A DNA stretch of 31,895 nt from Psammoneis japonica. Its lineage: Eukaryota. The stretch is from contig QPGO01000253.1 in assembly GCA_008632985.1 (NCBI GenBank), forward strand, positions 62,001 through 93,895, read 5' to 3'. A model generated the notes under the pieces. The model was not told the DNA's origin and did no database searches. It worked only from the letters and a program-made list of their open reading frames with translations. This document shows positions 10,699 through 21,681 of this stretch, piece after piece (within the stretch, counting starts at the first letter, position 1; the number at the start of each line of letters is the position of its first letter). A program made the translations under genes and the position numbers.

Positions 10699-13182
10699 AT
10701 GTCCCTACCGTCGCTCAGCACAAGACGTCTTTTTCCTTCTTTTCTACTCGTCGGCTGCTTCAACGTTCATTGCGTGTTTCCGTGGTCGTCACTTGTGATG
10801 CCAACTCGAAGATCGCAAGTTTCAGAAACAAGCATGAAGGAAATTGATACAGAAGAAAGAGATGTACCAACATGGTGCCCTGAGCAACAGATTTATATTG
10901 GAGGAATCGTACCAGATAATTCAGAGGTTGAGGCCTTGCTTTCCGAAAATGGCGGACAGCTACGAATCTTTGGATACGGTTCCTTGTGTTGGAACCCAGG
11001 TCAGGGTGCCGTTCTATCGTCTCCGGGCGTTACGACAACGTTGGGACGGGCTCGTGGATACAAACGATGTTGGGCCCAGCGGAGTGCCGATCACAGAGGA
11101 ACACCAGGTGCGTTCACACCTTTGTTCGCCGCGTGACGTAGTGTTTGCCACTGTTCTGTTGCCATTTCGTTCGGTTGTTCGCAGCTGCTGCACTACTGTA
11201 ACACCCGTTTGATCTTTACTTGCCATTTTGACTGATCAATCGCCACCTCCCTTGAAACTGTGCAGATTTTCCAGGTATCGTGTGCACTCTTCTGCGAGAT
11301 GATGAAGTGCATCAAATCAAAAAGGAGGCTCATGACAGAAGCGAGCCCCCATCCATGACGGAAGGTCTAATCTACACAGTACCCCCAGAGCTCGTGGATG
11401 ACTGTCTTTCGGAGTTGGATTTTCGTGAAAAAGGTGTAAGTACGTTTTTTTCATCATTGCATACCTATCAAGACGACAGAGCCGCATGGTACTCAAACGC
11501 TTCGTGCTTCGCCGTTTCTCTCAGGGTTATGCTCGTGATGTCATTGATGTTGTCCAAGACGATACGGGCAAGTCAGTGAAAGCTTTGTTATATCGTGGAA
11601 CTCCTGATAATCCAGCGTTTTGGAAACGAGCATTGCTAGATTTACCATTTGCCGCAGGTGAGTTCTTTTGTAATTATCCTTTCTCCGTCTCCTTCAGGTT
11701 CTCATCTGCCAACCATGCGTCTTTGCTTCATTCGAAAGCAACAATGGCTCAAGCGATTGGACCGAGTGGAAAAAATGACGAATATTTGGTAAGAACACGG
11801 TGCTGTCAAATAATATATACTCCTTCCATCTCATTAACTCCGCCACGTCGCCTCTTGTGCAGTTTAAATTGGATCATTTCCTTTCAGATGCCGTAGCCAC
11901 ATCACAGGCTGCAGCTGCCGCACTCGTGGATCATACCGGTGATAGCGACACTGGGTCTCTTGCCTCCATGGCACGAAGCTTTCAGCAGAAGCAGCTCTTC
12001 TTCTTGTTTGGGAGCGGTTCCAATCAACACAATCAGCTTTTGTTGGGCGACTCATCCAGTACTAGCAATGGTGCCAGTTTGGTAAACGGAGACGAAGCCC
12101 ATGAGCTCACAGAGATTGTTTTAGTTACTCCAATAGCCGCCGAAATAGAGAAACCCAAGCAACTTTTCGCGGGTGGGGGGCACAGTGGACTGCTGACTGG
12201 CTGCGGCACTTTGTACCTATGGGGCTGGAATCAAAATGGGCAGCTTGGACGCAAACTTGAAAATGAGGAGTCATCACCAATACAAACTATTGAAGCTTTG
12301 AAAGGGATAAAGGTAGAAGCTGCTGCTTTTGGACATGCCCACACCCTTGTGATTGAACTCGGCACTGGATTCCTGTATGCCTTTGGTGATAATGGCAGAG
12401 GTCAAGTAAGCGAACAAATGGAACAATCCACAATATCAGAGCCAGTCAAGCCTTTCTCCGAAAATTGCTTCATTGCTGTCGCTGCCGGTTTGTTCCATTC
12501 TGCGGCCATTACAGAGGAAGGAGACCTTGTAACGTTTGGATGCGGAAAGTTTGGGCAGAGTCTGCTTCGAGAAATTGAAAAGTGGCGTCCCCATGACGAC
12601 AGCAGATTGGTTGGAGTTGCCTGTGGTCGTCGGCACACGGTATTGCTAGACGATCGCGGTCGAATCTGGACAATGGGCGAGAACAAATATGGGCAGCTCG
12701 GACGAGACTTACCTTCTTCGACCAATGGGAAGTGGGACTCGGAACCTCGGCTCGTGGAGGGAATACTTGGATCGGGTGACTGTGAACATTTTAAAGTGGC
12801 GTGTGGCTGGTCTCACACAATAGTCACTGTGAAAGCAAAATCAGGCGTCACTGAGATATACGGGTGGGGAAGAAACGATAAAGGTCAACTGGGCACAGGA
12901 TCTCGCTCTTCTGTGCATATTCCTACTAAACTATTCAGTGACGAGTCGCGTATCCGAAAAGTTGCTTGTGGTTCAGAGTTTACAATGGTTATGGATGAGT
13001 CGGACAAGATCTTTGCTTGCGGTTGGAACGAACATGGAAACCTGTCGGCAGGACATACCGAGGATGTTCTGGAGTTGACGGAAATCAAAGGAGCCAGAGT
13101 CACAGCACCACCGTCGCTCGACGGAACTGGTGAAAAGTTGTTTGCCGCTGGCGGAGCTCACTTTTTGGCCATGATTTCATAG
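10699..13182 (+). CDS. ChaC-family gamma-glutamylcyclotransferase fused to an RCC1-repeat beta-propeller
   Basis: ChaC motifs IFGYGSLCW, HRGTPDFPGIVCTL, LDFREKGGY and GPSGKNDEYL. Introns 11108-11265, 11436-11524, 11658-11738 and 11789-11862 splice in frame into RCC1 repeats (WGWNQNGQLG, FGDNGRGQ, ACGRRHT, WGRNDKGQLG). Start is 10699 or 10798. Confidence 0.85.
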
Positions 13183-13227
13183 TCCCCAAAACCAGCTAGA
13201 GCGAGAACGCTACGAGTAGTAACATTA

Positions 13228-14635
13228 TCAGTTCCATCTTGGACCACAAACGCACAAGTCTGCTTCTCGTCGATTTAGCCAGCAGCAGGGACACGTTTGT
13301 GCTCGAGAACCTTGCCACGATCTTGCCCATATAATGTAAGCGTACCTATCTCCGGATGTAACTTGTGTGACTTCATGCAAATGACGACCAGCGTGAAATA
13401 GTGCTGTTCCAAGGCGTGGCTGAAACTCACCAACCAATCTCCCGGAGTCTGCATCCTTGGTCCCGCGCAATCCCCAAAAGTTCAGAGCTCCTCCTTGAAA
13501 CTCGTCGCCAATACAAAGATTCATTGTTACCTCCGAGTCATCTGTATGAGGGACGAGTCGGTGACGGGTTGTACCCGTCTGTGATGAGGGATCAACAGAA
13601 TACCCAGCAACGTACCCGTGCCTCCAGTCGAGTTCATCCATGCTTTCGCTTGCCGTGAAAAGATGCCGTGATATTGGCCGCATAACAAGATGAAACAAAA
13701 GGTCGTTGACCCATGCAAGCCCAATGGTATCGAGATCCGTGGGCCTGCGCCCCAACTTTAAGTGCGATAGTTCTTCAGTGTTGCCTGCTTCCGATATCTC
13801 TTTGATGTAATTTCTTAGCTTTGCGCAGAACTGAAAACAAAACCTTTAGCATTTCGCTGTCTCTCTAGAAAGTAGCATATCCTCTAGAGAGAGAAGTGAA
13901 TTTGCTTACCTCACTCGATAGCACCGGTAAAGAATACACATCAAACATTTCTTGGTCCATAATGTCCTCAAGCATCGCGGCGTCAAGTTCCACCGGGGTC
14001 TGGCCATTAAGGACTTCTTGAAGATTGGGAGGCCCCGACTTGAACTGCTTGGACCGAAATATGGCGCTTACCATCCTCGGATCTAACACATTGTTTTTGA
14101 CATCCTCCCATGTTTGTGGTGCAAGAGGTCCAACTTTCTTGTTCTGATTGACAGCATTGACTACGTCAGCAATTCCCCTCCTCAAGTCTAGAACATGCTG
14201 TTTCTGGTCCCGAACTTTTTTTAGCTGGGATTCTAGTGCCTGTTCCAATTTATCAATGTCATCCGTGGACCATCTGTTGAGATAGTTTGGATACCGATCG
14301 AGGCCTTCGAGGGCATGCCACAAGTGCGAGCGAACATTTACGGGGTCGTACCGTGAGCCCAATGTGTGTGCTCTACTTGCCGTGGTGGGTGTAGCGACAC
14401 GGTCAAGTCTTCGTTCTTTTTCGTTTATCGCGCCACCTCCAAGCTCTACCGAGGAACCAGTTTGATTCATTATGTTGTGTTGTACTTCTTCCGTTGCACC
14501 CGCCCTCGTGCAAAGTGCCACGCTAGTTGCCGCACAACAAGTCGGTGCACCACCAACCACAGCTTTTGACGCATGAACCGCGCCAATGGATAACCAAGGG
14601 AGCAGAAAATTCTTGCCAAAGCACGTCCTAATCAT
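13228..14635 (-). CDS. 2-oxoglutarate/Fe(II)-dependent oxygenase (OGFOD2/PLOD-like)
   Basis: HxD motif LVPHTDDSEVTMNLCIG..FQGGAL, distal His in HAGRHLH and the 2OG-binding Arg in SGDRY. Intron 13831-13909 joins LPVLSSE to FCAKL in frame. Confidence 0.85.
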
Positions 14636-14735
14636 GGATCACTGATGAAACAATCGTTTCACAGAATTTAAGTGCACGTTGCTGAATGATGCCTTTTGGA
14701 CTTTGATGTTGACGGGGGGGGATTCGTGAAGGCGA

Positions 14736-14752
14736 GTAAATACCGTATTTAC
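14736..14752. promoter_or_regulatory. Perfect 8-bp inverted repeat in the divergent intergenic region
   Basis: GTAAATAC-C-GTATTTAC; a second inverted repeat TGAAAC-AATC-GTTTCA lies at 14646-14661. Function is not shown by the sequence. Confidence 0.3.
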
Positions 14753-14983
14753 GGACAGACGTCGGAGCGAATTTTTTGAAAATTGTCGGAGGGAATGATG
14801 ATAAATTATAATCGTATTCGAATAAAATTTATGAATTTAGAATCATCCATCAATAATCATCCTCGAAGCAAAGCACAAAGCATCGCATAAGGTCTACTGT
14901 GTCTTCTTGAGCAGTTCTTTCTTTGTTAAGACTGCTTCTTACTAACTCGCAGCTAATCCGACGCAAGGATTTTTGTGGAAAGA

Positions 14984-17310
14984 ATGGATCCTGTCGACGT
15001 TGAAATACGAAACAAATTCCAGGATTACACCTTCGAACAAGAAACACAAGCAGACACGCAACACGACGAGCTGGGATCGCAACTTCCTGAAAGCATCTCA
15101 TGGCGAGTCAGCAACAGCTGGTCACTCATTTCAGGGGACAGACTAGAGAAAGTGGTAAGCGTTCTCGTCCTCTCCTGATGTTGCATCTTTTGTATTTCAC
15201 CATTTCTATTGTTCTCTCTACTCTAGGGAGTTGATTGCTTTCTCAGAATGTTCGACGAGCACCCTGAACTTCTTGCTCTGTTTCGTTTTGGTGGCGAATC
15301 CATCGCTCCCAATAAGCAAGGAATACGCGATTTACCCGCAACTCTAAAGCACCATGCTCTCGTTGTAATGCAGACAATCGGTCAGTGTGCCTCAGGGCTC
15401 ACAAAGTTGGAAGTACTTGTACCGAAACTTAGAGCCATTGGCAACGTGCACGAGTCTGCAGGAGTTCAACAGCACCATTATGATATTCTTTTCAGGCACC
15501 TCATGGAAGCCATTGCGGCGGAGCTAGGGCCAACGGAATTTGATGGAGAGACTAGACAAGGTAAGCGCCTTTCATCATCTCGGAGGAGGAGCGCCAACTA
15601 GTTCCCTTGAGCTTGGTCGTTCATTCATCTGTTTTCTTCCGTCTTCTCATAGCTTGGGAACTCGCTTTCAGATCAATCACGAGAATCATTGATCGTCCTA
15701 AGGACGTACTTCAGATGGAACCACTCGAAGGATATGGGGCACTCAATGCTGCCGCGTGCATGTATTTCACATTCTATGCACCATTTCGGATGGCTGGATT
15801 TACAGCAAGAAACGAAATCATGGAAGCGACATTCAACATCCTCACAACTGCAGCATCTTTTGTGCTGGTTCTTGATCTAGGAAGTCATTGGATTGTGGAT
15901 CAGCTCAGACGTCGGGAATTTAATGATATCTCGAAATGTGGCATCCTGCGTAGGAATATCTACCGATTTCTCTTCCCTGTGAAGTTCAGGGTAAGACGAT
16001 TTGTTCGGGGATTGGGGATGCAAAGATGGGCGAACTGGCGTGAAATGGACTTTATAGTACTCATGAGCTTTCCGTTGCAGTACGGTACGAATCTTATTTT
16101 CGGGCGCGAACCGCGGGCTGCGGGGGTTCATTGGACCTATACGCTCGGATTGCTGCGGATGGCAGCTGGAGCTCGAGTACTTCACTTTGTCAGGTGTGCC
16201 GAGAACAACTTGATGCTTCGACGTCGCGTTGAGCGCAGTGAACTGATGATGATTCGTGTTGTAAAGCTCTTGATCACAATGTTGGCTTTCATTCATTTTT
16301 CAGCCTGCCTATGGTGTATCGTGGCACGAGTTGAGCTTGGTCCGTCTACCGTCGAACCCAAAGCATCCTCATTTTTCCCAAATCCTGACCTTTTGATGGG
16401 TGGAACTGGAGTTTTGAATTCTTATATGCATGCCATTCATTGGGCTTGGGTGAATCTTGCCGGAATTGGAGAATGTGATTCCGTTCCTCAATCGTCGCTC
16501 GAATGCTTCATCATTCTCATCATCCACTTTTGCGGTGCGACTTTGTACACAGTCATGACGGGAAATGTCGTTGCTATTCTGGAGGAAATAACAGCAGAGC
16601 AGAATGAAACATCAACCGATCTCGCTGATTTGGGTCAGTATATGCATCGATGCCATGTCCCTGAGCACGCACAAAGACGAATTATGCAGGGGTATATGAT
16701 GCGTCAAGTTACGAGTGGTTCCTCGTCCGAAGATAAGGAATCGTTTGGAAGCGCACCCATTGCGCCCGCAATGGTCGCTCGGCTTCCAGCATACTTGCGT
16801 CAGGAGCTCAATTGTTACAGCCGCGCTGAGGCTATCAAGAACCGTGACCCTGCGTTTGGACAATGTAGCAACGAGTTTCTCTTTGCGATTGTTGGGGCAC
16901 TGAAATCCAAAACGGTACTTCTTCCTGGAGATTACTTTGTTAAAGAATCAGAGAACATACCCCAGCAAGTGATTCTGGTCGAACAAGGTACTATTGAGGT
17001 AATTCGAGATCGTAAATGCGTTCGACTTTTACAACGAGGAGACATCATCGGGAAAAGATGGTTGCTGAGCACAGGTGAGGTGGAGGAGTCACTCAGCGAG
17101 AAGACATCCTTACGAGCCGAAACAGCCTGCACCTTAGTTACTGGGCTTGGTTGCATAAAATCAGTCCGAGAGTTGAGTGAGCGATACCCAAAGGATTTTG
17201 CTTTGCTTCAATTCAATCGGCAACGCATTCTCGAGATACGAGAGAGCAGCTTAAAACGAAGGAACTCTCTTGAACTCTCGATCTCATCGCTGATGATCGA
17301 GGAAAGCTAA
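14984..17310 (+). CDS. Globin domain fused to a 6TM CNBD-family (KCNH/HCN/CNG-like) ion channel
   Basis: Introns 15155-15226 and 15561-15652 join the three ORFs in frame. Globin: A-helix SW, MFDEHPELLALF (CD1 Phe), LKHHA (E7), IGNVH (F8), H-helix AW. Channel: S1-S4, S5 IHFSACLW, pore helix YMHAIHWAWVNLAGIGECD, S6 ..GNV, C-linker (LPAYLRQEL) and a CNBD-like fold (PGDY, GTIEV, GDIIG). Confidence 0.88.
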
Positions 17311-17717
17311 GACAGATTAACGGTAGCTGAGGCTACTATTCAGATCACTCTACAATAGTCCAGGTCCTACTGATACACCGGCATTGATGTCTCTGGGCTA
17401 CCGTAGGTATTCAAACTTGTAGCCCTAGCTAGAGATCCGGGACGTGGGGTGACGTAAACAACGGACTAAGAGTTAGGTTGGATAGACATTTGTCCGGCAC
17501 TTACTCTCTAGTAGTTACCCATTGTGTCTCTCTAGTAGAGAGGATAGACTAGAGTTGCGTATTGGGTGAGTTATCACACCGGTATGATTGATAGTTATTT
17601 TGATCGACACCTGCATTGTTCTCCATGAAACTCTTTCAAGTTGTAGCTGCCAAGACAAACTAATCGACAGACAATGAGTTTTAGACAACAAAAAATAATT
17701 ATCTTAGAATTCAATAT

Positions 17718-20126
17718 CTACGGCTCAACTCCCTTCAATGAATTGAGAACATCCAATCCGTCCGTGTCGAAAAGCTTTGAAGCGTTGCTCTTGCTAACGG
17801 TTTCAAGCCATCCCTTTTTCTGTTTCTTGCTCGGATTTTCTTCCGGTTCTGATTCCATCACCTTTACTTGATCGTCTTCGAGAACACCAGGGTTCGCACC
17901 AGCTGTGTGGTCACAAGGGTATTGAACGATGAGACGAACACAGCCAAACCTTTCCCCAACAAGCTTGGGCACTACTTCCTCCCAGCGCCGCTTCAGACCT
18001 TGCTTAGACGTTATCTTAGTTGCGAGCTTCGGATCCGTATCTCGATTTTGATGGTATAAAAGGCTGGAGTGACCGATCTCAAAGCTTCCATTAGATTGAC
18101 ATTCTTTCTGTATTTGGCTTGTGATATGACCGCACGTAGTCTATGTACGAATCATTCCACATTATGAACATGAGATCTGGTCCAATTGCCGTGTCTGGGT
18201 AGCAGAATGGTGGCACTTGGCCCTCAAAAGTACAAGTTGTTGCAGCTTCGATCCAATGAATTGTCGCACTAGCGTCCTTGCATGACACAGCAAGCATTCC
18301 GTAGGCCGACCTATGGGGCACCGTATGCTTTTTCAAGACATCCCCTTTGTCGCCAAGCTGTTCTTGGAGTATTTCTGGAAGTCTCTTTTGAATCGCTGGC
18401 AGCATTACCTTCTCGAATAATCCTTCACCTAAGCCACCATCCTCTTGCGCTTTCATGTTGTCGATGGCCGTTGCTGGAGTGAGAAAAAATTGATGCCAGC
18501 TTGAATCACAATTGGCTCGTAGAGAACCGCCATGTTACTTTCGCAACTAAGAGCAGCTAAGCCAACCTCAACAAGCTCTGCGTGGTGCTTAGAAATGTAC
18601 ACCGGCTGTCCTCCAACGGCAAACTTGAAAGCGGCATTCTCCAGCACACTGGCAACCTGATGCCCTCCCTTCTCGACTGCGTGCTTAAAGGCACTGTACG
18701 CTGTGCCCTCAGGCGGGTCGAATGATTCTCGTCTGTCCCCACCCATGCCATCGAGATTCTTAATCGTTTCCCCGGTGTACTTGTCAATGTAGCGATCTAA
18801 AGCCTCTATCAGCGCGCACCCCTGAGCCGAGAATGATCCTCTCGTCCCGGTGTAGTTGTCTCTTTTCTCTCGTACCAAGTATAGCTCCAAAAAGGATGCG
18901 GACCACCGTGGGCAACCTCGAAGCCACTTGGAGATGTGACCAATCACGCTAGCAATTGAAGCTTTCCCTATTTCTTCAGGATCATCCAAGTCCAAGTCAA
19001 TGAAAGTGAGAAGATATTCTTGGACAGCGTTTTGGCATCGTGGATGTTGAAAGCCTTGAAGACAGTCGTGCTGTTCTCCGATAGCGTATGTGGCCGTTTT
19101 GCCATGACCGAATACGATGCTTCCCTGATCTCATCAATCGACATTCCTGTACCGGCTGCCAGTGGAAAGCCTGTATCTGAATCCAGAGTTACCGTCAGCA
19201 TGTTCGTCAATGCCTTGAGCACAGCAGAAAAGGCATGTCGCTTTTCACCCCCGTTCGAACTAAGGAAAAAATCATTTAGTTTTTTCAGAAGCTCTTGTGC
19301 CTCGTCTACCACCATCGTAGTCCAGGGCAGCACTTTTTCTCCGTTACGATTGTCAAGGGCAACTGTGACACTGACATCGTTTGGCCTCGTAAAGGCGTGA
19401 ATAACACATTTACCACAGACAAGACTAAAAAGGTCTTTTTCAATGCCTCCTTCGGGAACAGTTGCATCAAGAGCCAGTCGTACGGCGTGAGTTCTTGTTT
19501 CTTTTTGATTCAGCTGCTTGTTAATCGCATCGAAAACGGCAATTCGTCCAGCACACAATCTTGATGTGTCGATCCATGTTTCGCTGGTTCTCGTCGCTTC
19601 GGTTTCGTTGTCGCTGCAGTTGTTACTTTTCATCATCTTGGGAGTCACCTCCATCCAATTCACCCAGAAAATTATGTCCATGAAACTCCTGAAACGAACC
19701 CATCAGTCTCGATAGATCCTTCGACCCAGGGTCATTCGTTGTCTTAGCCACAAAGTACAAGCCAAAGTTGTGGCTGAGGCATTCGTAGACGGCGCGTGTT
19801 TTCCCCGCTCCTGAAGTGCCATACAATCCACTACAAATGTCCTTTGTTCCGTCAATGAACTGTGAACCTCTGTGCATTTGTGCGTGTCATTCTGGAGATC
19901 ATGCAACAACAGTGAAGGAATGGGAAGCTTCGTGCAGGAAGGATCCTGAGGAATGGTGCTGTGCTGCATTGGAGATCAGCCAATGGACCCTTCCCTGTGG
20001 ATGCATAAATGATTCCAAGCAGAAAGATTCATGTGGATGCTCATTGAAGTGCTCATCTACAAGATCAGAGCACAGTTGAGCAACAGTGCGCGCATCGGCA
20101 TCGGTTTCTGCATTCGCAGTTGCCAT
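17718..20126 (-). pseudogene. Crinkler/RHS-like P-loop NTPase + restriction-endonuclease-fold gene, disrupted
   Basis: Walker A GTSGAGKT, Walker B MVVDEAQ, AGTG, then PDTAIGPDL and SQAK (nuclease-like). Two in-frame TGA at about 19887-19901 and frameshifts near 19650, 18990, 18460 and 18110. Likely start MATANAE at 20126. Confidence 0.68.
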
Positions 20127-20428
20127 TGTTGTGGTTTTTGGAGAGAGAGCTGTTGTTGTTTTTGTTGTCGCTAAGAACAACCGAACGCCCACACCCACAC
20201 CTTCCATCTCCACGATTGCGACGATGCAGGTTCACCAGGCACAGCAAAAGTCTGTTGGCAAGCAACGCTTGCAAAATCGTGCAGTTGTGCTCGAGACATC
20301 ATGACATCTGGTCTACGTTGCCGGTCCGGATCTCTGCGTCCGTGCTCTTGCGCTGTCTGCGGCAGTTTTCTGCAGGCTTTTGTTCAACCTTATTTTCAAT
20401 TTGCCACCACATGCCAGACAATGTGACG

Positions 20429-21180
20429 ATGAGCAATTTGCGGGCAAGAGTTGTGCTGAGTGCCTTTGTGAGCTCAATCGTTTTGTTGTTGCAACAGAAG
20501 GCCTTTGTTGGTGGAGAAACCGACGAATGCAAGCCCCAAAATGCGGCAGTCATGACCCTTGTGACAACGAGCGATTGCGTCAAGGGCGCAAAAGTGTTGG
20601 CTCACTCTTTGGACAAAGTGAGCGCCTCTGGCGACCGAGTTTTGCTTTGCGCATTTCCCGAAGACGACCCTCATTTAGATCTCACACAAGAGCGTGTGCT
20701 CGACCTCCGTGATGCCCGCTGGACCAAGACTCGGAGACTCGCGTCAAATGACGGAACGCTTTCCATGTGCAAAGCATCAAAGGAGCAGCAGCGCACATTT
20801 GAACAGAGTCCAAAAGAGCTGGCTGGGTCAGCAAGATGCTGGGGAATGAGCAGCAAATTTGCAGTCTGGATGCCAGCTGAATGTGATGTCATCGTCTGTG
20901 TTGACGTGGACAGCTTGGTGCTTGACAATTTTGACTTTGTGTGCGATGTGATGAATGGGGCGAGTGGCGCCACCCTTTTGGCTCAGGGAACGCCATGTTG
21001 CTGGGAGGATCCACCTGACTGTGGCGCATTTTGTGGTGCTTTCATGGTTGTCAAACCCATGCCCCACATTCACAAATGCTCTCATGACCTTTCAGCTGAA
21101 AATTTCTTGGCCAAGGGGAACTGCCGCTGCTGAATCAAGTTTGCAAATCATGGCAGCCACTCCCTCGACACACACCGGCG
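20429..21180 (+). pseudogene. Truncated, hypermutated duplicate of the GT8 glycosyltransferase
   Basis: Aligns to 21682-22437. Every Tyr is replaced by Cys/His, YIDAD becomes CVDVD, there is a 1-nt deletion near 21115, and it is cut at the duplication junction. Confidence 0.95.
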
Positions 21181-21349
21181 GCTGTGCTGCATTGGAGATC
21201 AGCCAACAGACCCTTCCCCGTGGATGCATTGATGATTCCAAGCAGAAAGATTCATGTGGATGCTCTTTGAAGTGCTCATCTACGAGATCAGAGCACAGTT
21301 GAGCAACAGTGCGCGCATCGGTGTCGGTTTCTGTATTCGTAGTTGCCAT
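21181..21349 (-). pseudogene. Second, truncated copy of the Crinkler-like gene 5' end
   Basis: MATTNTETDTDARTVAQLCSDLVDEHFKEHPHESFCLES matches 19958-20126. Confidence 0.8.
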
Positions 21350-21681
21350 TGTTGCAGTTTTTGGAGAGAGAACTGTTGTTGTTTTTGTTGTTGTCGACAA
21401 GAATAACCGAGTGACGCCCACACCACACCTTCCGTCTCCACGATTTCAGATTGCGACGATGCAGGTTCACCAGGCGCAGCATTAGTCTGTTGGCGAGCAA
21501 CGCTTGCAAAATAATCGTACAGTTGTGTTCGAGATATGATAACTACGTCGCCGGTCCGGATCTCTGCGTGCTCTATGCTCTATCGCGCTTACATCGCGCT
21601 GTCTGCTGTCTGCGGCAGTTTTCCGCAGGCTTTTTTCTTTTTCATTTTCAATTTGCCACCATTCCAGACAAAAATGCGACG

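Noticed and set aside
20429..21180. Alternative genetic code or codon preference as the cause of Tyr loss
   Set aside because: TpA is lost in all codon positions and in non-coding TIRs, and neighbouring genes use TAY, TAA and TAG normally.
20056..21283. Surviving TpA sites appear enriched in CTA context (TCTAC kept in both duplicate units)
   Set aside because: Too few sites, and some survivors are newly created; this needs genome-wide counts before any claim.
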